From positions 1,802,107-1,866,106 of the forward strand of contig BFEA01000043.1 in assembly GCA_003427395.1 (NCBI GenBank): a stretch of DNA of 64,000 nucleotides. Reading direction: 5' to 3'. Below the pieces are notes generated by a model that saw only the letters and a program-made list of their open reading frames with translations, did no database searches and was not told the DNA's origin. Of the stretch, positions 39,349 to 51,780 are shown piece after piece (positions within the stretch are counted from its first letter, which is position 1; each line of letters begins with the position of its first letter). This DNA is from Chara braunii. Its lineage: Eukaryota; Plantae; Charophyceae. The translations under genes were made by a program, and so were the position numbers.

Positions 39349-40649
39349 AAAAAGAAGGATTGATTCTAGTCTCCCGTCCCTAGCCCATGCTTGTCTAAAC
39401 CATCCCATACTTTTTTTCGAATGTGACTTGACTGCGTTCCAGTCTGCCCTGATGGATAGGCGTATCAGGCTCTTTAGCAGGGCCTTCTGGCTTTGTATCG
39501 AGATTTGCTCTCCTTTGAAAACCGAACTGTTTTTGGCCTTCCAAATAGTTTCAAAGAGAGCGCCCCTGCAGGCCAGAGCCATATAACCCCAACCTTCAGA
39601 GAGATTTGCGCCCTGAGGTGCGTTACCGTATAGGGTCCACTCCTGGGACCACAGAAATTCTCCGTTTGTTATAGATTCCCAGTGTTGACGCCACCAGGAC
39701 CAAAGTTGGTGAGCGAATGGGCAGTAGAGCCAGATGTGGCTTGCAGTCTCCCAACCCCAGGAGCACCTTGGGCACCGTTCAGAGATTTCCATTCCCTTAG
39801 CAGCTAGCCAGGAAGCAGAGGGGGTAGCAAGCATTGATTGAATCCACATTATACTGGCCTGTTTCTGGGAGGGAATACTTTTCAATCCCTTCCACAGGCT
39901 GTGAAGATCTAGAGACCCCAGTTGGAAACCAGGTTCCTTGCTTAAACGTATGGAGGCCGTGACAACAGCCTGTTTCTTGATCCTGGATCTACAAATGCTG
40001 ACGCCCCATTTTGCTCGGTACTGATAGGCTGGGGAGAAAGAGTTTGGGGAAGTTAGGCTCTTCCATCCAAAGAGGGCCGGCTCCACTTGAAGGGCAGAGG
40101 CGTCCTCGTGCAGCAGGACAACTTGAGTGGCCGGGGAGGGGAAGGAGTCCGGGGACCAGACTCTGCTTTCCAAGTATCCCCCGGTAGATGACAGAGTTTT
40201 TTCCCCGTTGTGTTTCAAGAGCCCTACTTTCTTTAAACCAAGGGGGGCATCCCTAAATTGGACTTTTACCCCCTCCGGAATCTCTGGACCAACCACGTAC
40301 AGAAACTGCCCAGAGACTTCGGAGTCTTTGAGCCAGGCCCCAGCTGGAAGGTGGACTAGGGGACAGGCAGGGACCACTGGTGCCCCCCAGTGACCCTGCT
40401 GGGCCCTAGGCCAAGGGGTTTTGTTTTGAGTGAGATAGGATACAAAGCCATGGGACGCTGGACCCGGTTTCCAGCAGGCTATCGCACGACATCTCATGTT
40501 TTTCTTTTCAAATGTAAGGGACACTGGACCTGGTTTCCAGCAGGTGATGCTCCCCACTAATAGATGGAGCCTGCCTGGGGGTGCTAGCGGTGTCTGTTCA
40601 TATCAGCACCCCTAGCACCATCCAAGGTGAAGTGTTAAAAAAAAAAAAA
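39349..40649. mobile_element. 5'-inverted LINE insertion: uninterrupted ORF2 C-terminus on minus (~39349-40370) joined to a plus-strand 3' UTR and poly-A (40371-40649)
   Basis: Minus frame contains zf-RVT CPRC...ETASHIWLYC and IWKAKN..VF. The plus part has the CCACTGG hairpin, 3' modules at 40452 and 40518, and an A-tail. Flanked by gaps. Confidence 0.8.
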
Positions 40650-41696
40650 NNNNNNNNNNNNNNNNNNNNNNNNNNNNNNNNNNNNNNNNNNNNNNNNNNN
40701 NNNNNNNNNNNNNNNNNNNNNNNNNNNNNNNNNNNNNNNNNNNNNNNNNNNNNNNNNNNNNNNNNNNNNNNNNNNNNNNNNNNNNNNNNNNNNNNNNNNN
40801 NNNNNNNNNNNNNNNNNNNNNNNNNNNNNNNNNNNNNNNNNNNNNNNNNNNNNNNNNNNNNNNNNNNNNNNNNNNNNNNNNNNNNNNNNNNNNNNNNNNN
40901 NNNNNNNNNNNNNNNNNNNNNNNNNNNNNNNNNNNNNNNNNNNNNNNNNNNNNNNNNNNNNNNNNNNNNNNNNNNNNNNNNNNNNNNNNNNNNNNNNNNN
41001 NNNNNNNNNNNNNNNNNNNNNNNNNNNNNNNNNNNNNNNNNNNNNNNNNNNNNNNNNNNNNNNNNNNNNNNNNNNNNNNNNNNNNNNNNNNNNNNNNNNN
41101 NNNNNNNNNNNNNNNNNNNNNNNNNNNNNNNNNNNNNNNNNNNNNNNNNNNNNNNNNNNNNNNNNNNNNNNNNNNNNNNNNNNNNNNNNNNNNNNNNNNN
41201 NNNNNNNNNNNNNNNNNNNNNNNNNNNNNNNNNNNNNNNNNNNNNNNNNNNNNNGGGTAGACTGTGAGGACCTCTTGTTGATTAGGATTACCAAAAAAAA
41301 AAAAAAAAGGAGGAAAGCTGGTGAAAGACAGCTGATGCACGGACTTCAAAAAAAGAAAAAAAAAAAGAAAAAGGAGAAGCCTCTGGGGCGCAGTCTCAGT
41401 AGGCAAAGAGGATAGGATCTGGGCTGGTTTGTGCACAGGTGCAGAGAATCGCGACTGATCTGCATTTCTGCATCTCAGCATAAAACGCATCCAGATTCAG
41501 ACGCTTAATCCCATCCTTTATAGTATAGTGGGACTGCGCTCCTAAGGAACAACATGCATCCAAAAATACACAGAGGAAAAACATCCTGATTGCAAAAAAA
41601 AAAAAAAAAAAAAGACCTCCTGATGACCTCAGCCTCGTCAGCACCAGGCCAGCATGACGAGCCTTTCCCGTTCATCGAGTGCTGATGCTTGTTCTC

Positions 41697-41772
<76 letters not shown>

Positions 41773-41796
41773 TCGGGTTCATAACTTCATTCGGAA

Positions 41797-41829
<33 letters not shown>

Positions 41830-42604
41830 CCCGCCGCATACGTGTACACTTCTGTGTTGCGACAGCATTTCAACTCCACGCACGAGACTGGCTGTGTGCG
41901 TGCGACTGTTCCGTCGCACATGCGTATGATTTGTCTGTCTGTGTGTGACTGCCCCGTCGCACGTCTGTGCGAGACGTTCGCACTAGTAAGGCCGGTTGTC
42001 GCACTGGTTGCTCCCAGTATCACTTTGTGATTTGTGAATGAAGACAATTGAAGGAGAAGGCAATCATCAATAGAAAATTGAAACTCCCAAACCGATGTCG
42101 GTATCCGCATATTCCCACCGATCTTTGTAAAAAAAAAAAAAAAAAAAAAGGATGTATCCACAAGATCTGCTAGAAGCAAAACTTGCGGCCTCGCCACACC
42201 ACTCCCGGAATGTGCAAAATGGAGCATGTATCTTCCCCAAAACCACGGAAATATACACGCGCCATACGTTTTTGTCTGTTTCACATTCGGGGAGCGGTGT
42301 GGCAATGTCCGTATGCACGCTTGAGAACACTTCAACGACCGGTGGGATAAAAAAAAAAAGAAAAAAAGTATAATAAAAAAATGGCACCTCGGTCGGTTTC
42401 GACTTATACAAGGCTCCTATTTTTCCTTTTTTTTCCTTTTTTTTTTTGTTGCAAGGTTCCTGTTCTTCTTTTTTTCTTTTTTTTTTGGAAAATTCCGGAA
42501 AACTTGCATTTTAATTTTTATATTAAAATCGAAACAAAGAGAGGCCGGGGACTTATGCAAGCTTCAGATCGCTTTGTTTTTTTTTGTTTTTTTTTTCCAC
42601 CTTG

Positions 42605-42637
42605 GTAGTGTCTTCTGATCAGTTTAATATCTGATAC
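42605..42637 (+). pseudogene. U2: Short U2 snRNA fragment followed by an A-tract
   Basis: GTAGTGTCTTCTGATCAGTTTAATATCTGATAC versus U2 GTAGTATCTGTTCTTATCAGTTTAATATCTGATA. Confidence 0.65.
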
Positions 42638-43705
42638 TTTAAAAAAAAAAAAAAAAAGTTTTTTATTTCTTTCCTTCCGTCGTTTTTTTTAATATTAAAA
42701 TCGCTAAGGCTGTGAGCGCTGATGCCAACCTTTTTGTGTATTCCTTCAGATTTTTTTTTTCTTTTTTTGGGGCGGGAGGTGGAAAAGGAAAAAGGAAACC
42801 TGAGAAAGGAAAAATAAAATATAAGGGGAGAGAGTATGTGTCCTTTAAAAAAGTTGGAAAAGTTCTTAAAAGCCTAATTAGGAAAGTGAGGAAGAGAAAG
42901 AGAGAGTGATCCCCCCCATCAGCACGGGTGCCTGCAACCGCTGTCTGCTCAGGTCACCTACACGTAGCCGAGTTGGTGATGGGTGATGGGTGATGGGTGA
43001 TGGGTGATGGGGGTGATGAGGGTGATGAGGGTGATGGGGGTGATGGGGGTGATGGGGGTGATGGGGCTGGATGGTCCACACTAAGGTAGGACAGAGGGGG
43101 TGGGGGTGCGCCGGGGTAATCGATCAGAGGAAGGGTGGACGTAGGTCTTCTGAGGGGGGTTACAAAAAAAAGAAGAAAAAAGAAAAAGAGAGAGAGAGAG
43201 AAAAAGAGAGAGTGATGAAGGGAAGGAGAAGGAGATGATGCCCCCCCTTTTTTTTTTTTTGAAAGATGGCTATTATATTGCGAAAATCATAGTTTTTGTA
43301 AGGAACGCGGGTCCGGTTGAGCGGATTTAAAAAAAAAAAAAGAAAAAAAAAAAAAAAGAAAGAAAGAAAGAAAGAAGAAAGAAAGAAAGAAGAAAGAAAG
43401 AAAGAAAGAGAGAGAATTGTAACAATTGTTTGATAAAAAAAAAGAAAGAGAGAGAGAGATTGAAGGTTGAAAAACGTTAGTAAAAGAAAGGAAAGGAGAA
43501 ACGTTCTGAAAATATAATTAATAAAGTGGTTATCTACGGAATTTTATTTTAAGAGAAAAAATGACGAGTCAATTTAAATATTTAAATATAATTATTTTAA
43601 TTTTATTCATTAATTTNNNNNNNNNNNNNNNNNNNNNNNNNNNNNNNNNNNNNNNNNNNNNNNNNNNNNNNNNNNNNNNNNNNNNNNNNNNNNNNNNNNT
43701 TTTTT

Positions 43706-43774
43706 ATGTAGCCCGATGGACCACGGATCAGATATTAAGCTGATCAGAACAGATTCTACACTTGATCTCAGCCA
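43706..43774 (-). pseudogene. U2: U2 snRNA fragment (about nt 19-85), truncated at both ends, A-tract at its 3' side
   Basis: Minus strand TGGCTGAGATCAAGTGTAGAATCTGTTCTGATCAGCTTAATATCTGATCCGTGGTCCATCGGGCTACAT. The branch-point-pairing GTAGTA is mutated to GTAGAA. Confidence 0.85.
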
Positions 43775-44306
43775 GTCTCTCCAGGAATGCCAGCATACAC
43801 CGACCGGGACCAGGATATGGCAGAAGCATTTCAGTGCTTCCTCAAGGCAGCCCCCACCCTGCGCCCACGCGCCTCTTCTCCCTCACCGCCTCCGCCACCC
43901 CAACCCTAGGTTTTGGCACCATGCAGCACTGATCTCAGCTGCACAAACGCGATCCCCCACAGCCCAGGCGCACGCTCAGATAAAAAGTTCAGAGGCGCTA
44001 GCGCTAACGCTAACGCTCGAGAGCGCTAAAATGGCTCGCTGAGACTAGTGCTAGCGCTAGCGCTCTCGAGCGTTAGCGTTAGCGCCTCTGAATTTTTTAT
44101 CTGAGCGTGCGCCTGGGCTGTGGGGGATTGCATTTGTGCAGCTGCGATCAGTGCTGCACGGTGCCAAAACCTAGGGTTGGGGTGCCGGAGGCGGTGAGGG
44201 AGAAGAGGCGCGTGGGCGCCGGGTGGGGGCTGCCTTGAGGAAGCACTGAAATGCTTCTGCCATATCCTGGTCCCCATCGGTGTATGCTGGCATTCCTGGA
44301 GAGACT
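43774..44306. repeat. Long inverted repeat, ~250-bp arms, ~29-nt spacer
   Basis: 43774-44028 is the reverse complement of 44058-44306 with scattered mismatches. The ORF track shows the same peptide on both strands. Confidence 0.92.
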
Positions 44307-45186
44307 ACTGGAGGAAGGAGGAGATGTGTGGTGGTCCGAAGGGCGGGATCTGGGAGCCGTACATACCACTACGTGAAACCTGTCAGGGATTTTGTCCCCT
44401 GGCTTTGATACGGAGTCAGAAGCTGGGGTTTCATGGGGAGATGAGCCACCCATGTGCATCGACAAGCGCTGGCTTACGGGAGAGCGACACTAGAGCTTAG
44501 CTGTGACTGGTATCGCCCACCGTCGTCGACAACGGGCTTCAAGCTGTGATTGGCGTCGCTTAGCGTTGCAGTTGCTCCTACTTTGGGCGTGGTGCAGTTT
44601 GCAAATCTTAATCCTTAATAGGCTCTTAAGTCTGTGTACAGTAAGTAGGAGGGTTAATTAGTTCAATTTGCTGTTTGTTTTGTTGATTGTTGGGTGGAAT
44701 TCTGTCGGGTTTCAGTTGTTAGGGTTAGTGCTGTTAATTTGTGTTAATTAGGGCGGGATGTGGTGTTAATTACAGTTAATTAGGGTGCCACGTCGCAGGT
44801 TTCCCGGTGCAGCGGTGGGGTTAATCCGGGCCGACGAGACTGGTTCATCCCTGCAGGGCGTGGTTATTGATGTGAGGGACGCTGGACCCGTTTTCCAGCC
44901 TGTGATGATATAATATACTCCTTTTTCTGTATTAAAAAAAAAAAAAAAAAGGCCTCCCCCCCGCCAACCCCAACAAAGAAAAAGAATAATAAAGTGTCCG
45001 CTGTCGAGTAACTCGTGCATCAAGATGCCTTGGCCAGAGGGGCGCTGAATTTCTTTATATTATTTCTTTTTTGAGAAGGCGGGGGGGGGCGAAATCAATT
45101 GCAGAAACCAATCAGAGTTTGACAAAAAGGTATAAAAAAAAAAAAAAAAAAAAAAAGACAAACAAGAACGGATCAACCTGAGAGAG

Positions 45187-45330
45187 AGACACGTGGCAAG
45201 CAAGGGACGCAGAGCACGTGGAAAACAAGGGACGGCGAACACGTGGCAAAAAACAAAAAAACAAATACAATAAAAAAGAAAAAAAAGGAACGAAAAACAC
45301 GTGGCGACAAGTGTCGAAGATCACGTGACA
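45187..45330. promoter_or_regulatory. Cluster of five CACGTG (G-box/ABRE-like) motifs
   Basis: ACACGTGGC x3, GCACGTGGA and TCACGTGAC within ~140 bp. No linked gene visible. Confidence 0.3.
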
Positions 45331-45383
45331 GGCTTACGACAGTGCTGGCTAGGAAGAGTGATGACGGGCAGGCAGGCAAAAAA

Positions 45384-45428
<45 letters not shown>

Positions 45429-45481
45429 GTGGAAGAGGCAGTGGGAGGAGGCGAAGGAGAAGCAACAAGGGAGAGCGAGCG

Positions 45482-45525
<44 letters not shown>

Positions 45526-46056
45526 GAAGGGAAGAGGCGGACTAGCAAGAACAAACGGTGTGTCCCCCAGAACTAACCTTGAGGGGTCTTTGTCATCGCA
45601 GGAGCCCGAACCTCCGAGCTACCGAATGCATGTGACGTGTGTCATCCCAGAGGGGGGGGGGGGGTGATCGTCATTTGCCTTCTCGGCTTCTTGGGTCGAA
45701 GCCCGTCGAGCTGTGTTCATCTTGGGGCCCGGTCACACACAGGTTGCGTGTCCCACAGGGCGTGTCCCACAGGGCTTTCCCTGTTGTCGCACACTCGTAC
45801 TTTGGGCACACAAAACGAGAAAGGGAAACTAATGCATCTGCCAGCGGAAATGGCCAGGTTCATCGGTTTGCTATAGACAGTAACGGGTGTATTTTGCCAC
45901 TGTTCGTGGGCAGATGCACTCTTTCAAACAGATAATGGGCCAAGTCAGAAAATACGCCGGTGTATCGTTCCATGTTCTAGGGGAATTTCATTGGGTTTCC
46001 ATGTTTTAGCAGAAGATTCATTGGGTCTGCCTGCACTACTCTCCAGTCTCCGATTT

Positions 46057-46094
<38 letters not shown>

Positions 46095-46372
46095 CACAGA
46101 CGTATGAGAGTCCTGGTTATTGTAGAGGCTGGATTACAGACATATGAGAGTCACCTTCGACACTCGGCCATGTGGTAGACGCCCCCTAATCGTATAGTAC
46201 TCCCTCCCAACCTACCTCTTTCGTAATTCTCCCGGCGCACTCCTACTCCCACTATCCTACCTCAGTGTCTACCACTCAGGATCATCACCCTCCAGCCTTG
46301 GGGGTGACCTGACCGAACTGTGGTTGTAGGTACCAGGGCTAAGCTGAGTCCCACACACCCCACTCAGCCCTG

Positions 46373-48761
46373 ATGGAAGCATATTTGTGCGAGCCTTGTA
46401 GCCCAGGTACTTCAGGTGCCAGGTACAGACATTTCACTACAAGTCCCATAGGTGCACTAAGGGCATATTCACACAGGGACCTGATAACCCAAATTCTCAA
46501 ACTTCGAGGCAGTTTTAGGCTCACAGCCTGTAACCCAAAATCTCAAAATCTGAGGCAGTTTTTCGGTCACATTGGGTCCTCCCGCTACCCTATTGTTCTT
46601 TTTGGTTACCCAGGACAACCCTCAATTGAAGGGTTTAACCTGCACAAGCACCGGTGGTTGGCCTCAGTTTGGTTGGCTCGGTTTGGCCGGTCCCTGCCGG
46701 GTCCACCCCACTACCCCAACTGTCTTTTCAGGAACCCACTTCGAGCTCTCCACAGTTGTTCTTCTTCATCTACAGTTGGAACTGTTTTGAGAATTTCCTC
46801 TTCTGAGCCTTTTCAAGATTCACGGGGGGATTGTGCTCTTTTCAGCATCTAGGATCAAGATCAAGAGTCCAAAGAACTCGCTCAGGATGCAGGAGGGCCT
46901 TGCTGGGTCGACCACTGCCACTCCCCTGTGTGGCGACTGTATACGTAACCGGTTGAGGACCGGTCGCTGGGGGTTGCGAAGATTCACGTGGAGCGCCCTC
47001 AGGAGTTCGTCCACCTGCCGCTGCGCTCATTGCATAGGCGAATCTCTCACAATCACAACACTATCAGCCACTCGCCGGATGAGAGCTCGTTTTCGTCGCC
47101 AATTTTGGCACTATTCACACTCTCGCCACGCACTATAGCACACACTCCTTCTGTCTCTTCTCTACGCGACAGTCGCTGCGAGTCTTCAGGCCCAGGTCAT
47201 ACATTGAAGTCCCTCACTATTTGCTAGCAGTCAGTCCGGCTTCTCTGTCGCTACTTAAAGTCCCGGTAAGACAGTCTTCCCTCATGTCAACTGGCGGTAT
47301 GAATGGAGGGCAACCTTCCTCCTCCACTCCAGTCTCAACCCTGCCCATCTGTCCACCATCTCCCCCCTCTCCTGAGTTTACCACCTCTCGCTCGCCCTTT
47401 CTCAACTTTCTGTCACCCACTCTGTCTCCCAGATCCCCGTCGCCTTTCCCCTCCTACCACTCTCCAGTGAGAACAAACACCCCCCTGTATGACCCTCTCC
47501 TGCGAACCCACTTCCCAACTCACTTTCAATTCCAATCCTCCTCCCCTGTTCCTTCCCGCCTCTTTCTTCGGCAATTCCCCCCCCCTCATTTCACCCACTC
47601 TACAGAACCGCGCCTACCCGCCCATCTCCTCTCATGAATTGCTGGAAAGGATTTTCGTCATCGATCCTCCGACAGCTTCCATTCTCCCGCGCCATCTCTT
47701 CCTCCTCCCATTAATCATCTCTCCCTCAATAAGAGACCTCCAAAGATCTCTTCTTCTTGCTAGATACGAATCCACTCTCAATGTCGAAGATGATGTGGAT
47801 TTCGCCAAATCTGCATCCAAATTCTATTTCAGTACCAGGAACGGCAGAATCTTCATCCTGAAACACGACCCAACCGCGGAGCTGCTCTCCCATTTGTTCT
47901 TTTCTTCCACACTCCTCAATATCATCACTGTGGACAACCGCAAGCAAGCGGACCTATCTCCTTGAAAGTTGCTAAGAGCACGTTGAGATCTCGCAGACTT
48001 CAAGGAGGTCTTTGCAACAAACATCACAGTTAACTTCTACACCTTCTCTATGTATGTCGCCAGTCTGCGCTCGAAGGTTGCCTACAACTGGGCTAAGAAG
48101 GGTCTCCTCTGCCTCGTCGACAACCTGCCCGGGATCCCCTCCTCACCAGAACTTCTCCTCGCCATCATTAACTTCTTCAAGGATTTTCTCAGCTCCCTCG
48201 GCAGAGCAGCTGTCCAGATTATTCTCCTGGAAGAATTCATCTCTTGGGGACCGGGGCCTTGGTTTCAATTTATTAGAAAGAACGTATGTGACTTAGCTCC
48301 GACGTACTCCCTTTCTCCACCTCAATCCCTCTCCCCGAGAGAGTGCTTCACTCCTAATTTTTCCCATCGCCTTATCTTTTCCAAAAGAAGAGGGACCCTA
48401 AGCTTCTCATTCCCCGATCCCTCCTCTTAGTATGGGTCGTTCCGACAAGCGGGTACCTCATCGGAAGACCTCAAGGAAGAAGAACGGTAGCTTGTCTGAC
48501 GAAGGTCATTCCTCCGACTCTCCCTCCCCACCCGAACCTCTTCTTCTAATCTCTCCTCAACCCTCTATCCCTCCCAAATCCATTCCAACCCCACCCACTC
48601 AACCGAAACCCCCACCTTAAAGACGCAAGAATCGCATCTGTATAAATATTGGCTTCATCATCTTGACCCTCATCTTTTTTACCTTCCTTACTCAACTCCT
48701 CATTCTCTACCTACTTCTTCGAGAAAGGCTGCCCCGTCAGCTGCCGCCAAGATCAACCTAG
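46373..48761 (+). pseudogene. Tightly packed cluster of decayed ORFs of unknown origin (Cys-rich; Ser/Pro-rich plus globular; basic/Pro-rich plus transmembrane)
   Basis: 47489-48430 is one frame with two internal TGA. The next ATG follows at 48432, and reading through one TAA gives RRKNR-ICINIGFIILTLIFFTFLTQLLILYLLL-RER. 46833-47138 has CxxC...CxCxxC. Confidence 0.45.
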
Positions 48762-49450
48762 GATTAATCCCACCAGGGTAGATCTACCTCTTGTATTCAT
48801 TCATCAGCTCTCTCATGCTCAGATTATGACATTTTCTAAATAATGAAATATACGGGATTAAGATGGTGAGTGATGGAGGGAAGATGGAAGGAGGAAGGAA
48901 GGAAACAAATCATAAGGGAAGACCATTTTAATAAACAGAAGCTACTTGTCAACTTTGACGAAGCATGGAAGTTGAAGGGAGAAGGAAGGAAACAAATCAG
49001 AAGGGAAGATCGTTTTAGGACCAGATTAATAATCAGAAGTTACCTGTTTTTCCGACTTAATTGTTTGATGCACCTATCAACCTTACATTTGTTACCAACG
49101 GTTAATGAAATATTTTGCAATATATTGTCCATTGCTTCTTTTCAGTTTTGGTTGGTACCTGTACTTCAAAATCGTGGCATTACTAAGTTTATCTCACTTC
49201 CCTAACTTGGAAAGTGTCGAGAAAAGCAAGTTATGATTAATTTTCTGTTTATCCTCACTCTTTAAAACCTTGTTTTTTACTCCCATTTACTGTGACTTCT
49301 CTATGGTAATGTCCTCCTTATCACCACCATGCAGAATGAGTCACTCATTAAAACATGCTCTTTATCAAAAAATAAAAATAAAAAGAATGGAGAGAAGAAA
49401 AAGGAGAAAGGAGCTGAATTCAGCAATAAATCATGGTGTAAACTTGTATG

Positions 49451-49761
49451 CTGTGTAGCATCGTGTTCGGGTTTGGTGACCGAACACGAACGAGTGCCAA
49501 AACCCTCCAAACGCGAATATAAAAATATTTATAAAAAAAACATTCTCAGAAAAATCTGAAAAAACTATATGTTATGTAAAATAATAATATAAACAACTTT
49601 TGTCTGGGAGGAATGCTCAAATTCGTAACCAAACTCGAGTTAAAATTCAAAAAAAAAATATATTTTTTTTAATATGTTCGGCCGATCACGTTCGGGAGGC
49701 ATTCGACCGAACATGTTCGAACGTTCGGAAAAACTCTGAACATGTTCGGTGTGCTTCACAG
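49451..49761. mobile_element. MITE-like element
   Basis: CTGTGTAGCA...TGCTTCACAG ends, with GTTCGG/CCGAAC subterminal repeats like 17093-17851. No TSD seen. Confidence 0.4.
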
Positions 49762-51747
49762 CCTGCATGCAGAAAAGAGACCAACCACCCCAAATATGAC
49801 TGTATCATCTTTAAAAAAAAAATAATAATACTAATATTTATATATTTAAAGAGAAAAAAAAGGCAGTCTGATAAGAGGGTGAAGGGGGGAGGGAGGTTGG
49901 AAGACGGAATCTAAAGATTCCTAGCCCACCTTGCCACCCTCAACTACCCCTCTTCCCTTCTCAAGTATTTTGCTACTTATCATTTTGACACCCTGCCTTG
50001 TTACGATATCATCCTTATCCTTGAAAGGTTCATGTCTCAAGAGTTAAGTGTAAACTGATAAATGTCTCCCTTAAGCATCTTAAAAAAAAAAAAAAAGGGG
50101 GGGGGAGGGGAAGAAGGAAAAGAAGGAAAGGGGGGTTGGGGGGGCGGGGCGGGAGGGGAAGAAGGAACAATGACAAGTTAGGAAATACAACTTTTGAACT
50201 TGCTTACTCCCATCCAGGTTACCAAGCTGCGCAATCATCTTACATTACTTTCTTCACCCACAAAACTCTATCTACTTTTTCTATATCCAACTCCTTATCT
50301 ATGGATAAAGATACAATTGATTCAAATATGACCTGTTCACTATGGCTTTGTGTGATAATAAACCTGGTAAACTCTTTTCAAATTTTTGATCGAGATAGTA
50401 AAAAAAAAAAGAATGGACGATAGTGTCAGTGACCTCTCACAAAAAATTACGGCACAATGCCCTCGGCCATCAAACCACAATAAATCTTTTGGTGATAAAA
50501 AAAAAAAAACACTTACAAAGGTTTTCGGAACCAAGTGATTGAAGATGGGTCCACCCAATGTGTTATTTCTCAAACATATTTTCCACTACCCAGTATGCAT
50601 ATGAACGATTCTGCCTTCCTCTTATTTGGCTTTTTCCCATCGTGTTAAAAGATTTATGACAGAAAGTTACCACACCAGCATGCCTGTATTAAAAAAAAAA
50701 AAAAAAAAAATTAAAAAAAATAATGAAGATTATAGGTCATGGTACGAAAACGAGATTCAGATCATTCCCACGTACTTTCCTGATTTCACGAGATCACTCT
50801 CATCTACGCAGTAGAAATTGTCATCTAGGATGGTCTTTTATTTTACCGATAGTGCAAACCGAGTCTTCAGTTTTCACTAACCAAGCATGTGTTAAAATCG
50901 TGATAAAATGATTATGCTATCAAGTACGAATGGTTTGTTAACTAGGATTGCTTTTGCAGACAAGGATGTTGATTGACCAATGTTATCCTAGTTTTTAGTA
51001 TAAGACCAGAATGCGTCGTAACCATAATAAAATCATTATGCTAACGAGCACAAATGGTTTGTTAGCTATGATTGTTTTTTGCACACAAGGATGTTGATTG
51101 ATCATTGTCCTGTTGGGAACGTTGCTTGTTATGTTTTCTCTGTTTTGTTTCATTGTCCCCTCCATCTTTTTCTTGCCTCTTTGACTTTGTTTGGTGCAGG
51201 CGGGTTGATATGATACACGAGGGTGGGAGCAACTGCCGCTTAACCTCACCCACTTGTGCAAACTTGTACATAAGAGGTTATGAGCAGGAGAATTGTACGT
51301 CAAAAATAAAAGACGAATTGTTTTTCTTATTTCCTTTGTCTTGGTGACGATATATATGCATACCCTATAGTCATAAGTAAAAATGTGTGTCTCGCAGAAC
51401 CAATAAAAAAAAAAGACATAAACAAAGCTTGCTCATCCTGTCACATTAAATTACGGTCATGACTACACAAAGGATTCTAGACTTTGTTAGGGACATCTGA
51501 CAACACACTTGCTCAATCATTTCCTTTATTTATTGGACAAAAGGAAAAAATCTTGTAATCTTTACCTATGCCTTCTTAAGGATGGACTGATTCTCTAATC
51601 TGCCAGCACTCCACCGTAACCTTTCAAAGATTACCAACTCTCTTCATTCTTTACTTCCCAGCTTCTCAACTAAGCCCCTTCTAGGATCTCCTTTTTTTTT
51701 TTTTTTCTCTTAGACCTGCGCCCTTTTTAATCTCCTTTTTTTTCCTT

Positions 51748-51780
<33 letters not shown>

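Larger units (their letters stand above)
41700..45860 (+). repeat. Copy B of the large mosaic repeat (homologous in pieces to ~4200-8015), interrupted by other insertions
   Basis: See the collinear motifs listed for 4200-5130 and 7290-8015. Confidence 0.55.

Noticed and set aside
38206-40557. 783-aa ORF in the track, and the other X-rich or SL/RE/HT-repeat ORFs
   Set aside because: Length is inflated by N gaps or microsatellites; only ~39349-40370 is real LINE coding sequence.
42975-43070. His/Pro-rich ORF at 42878-43081
   Set aside because: Product of a (GGTGATG/GGTGATGGG)n simple repeat.
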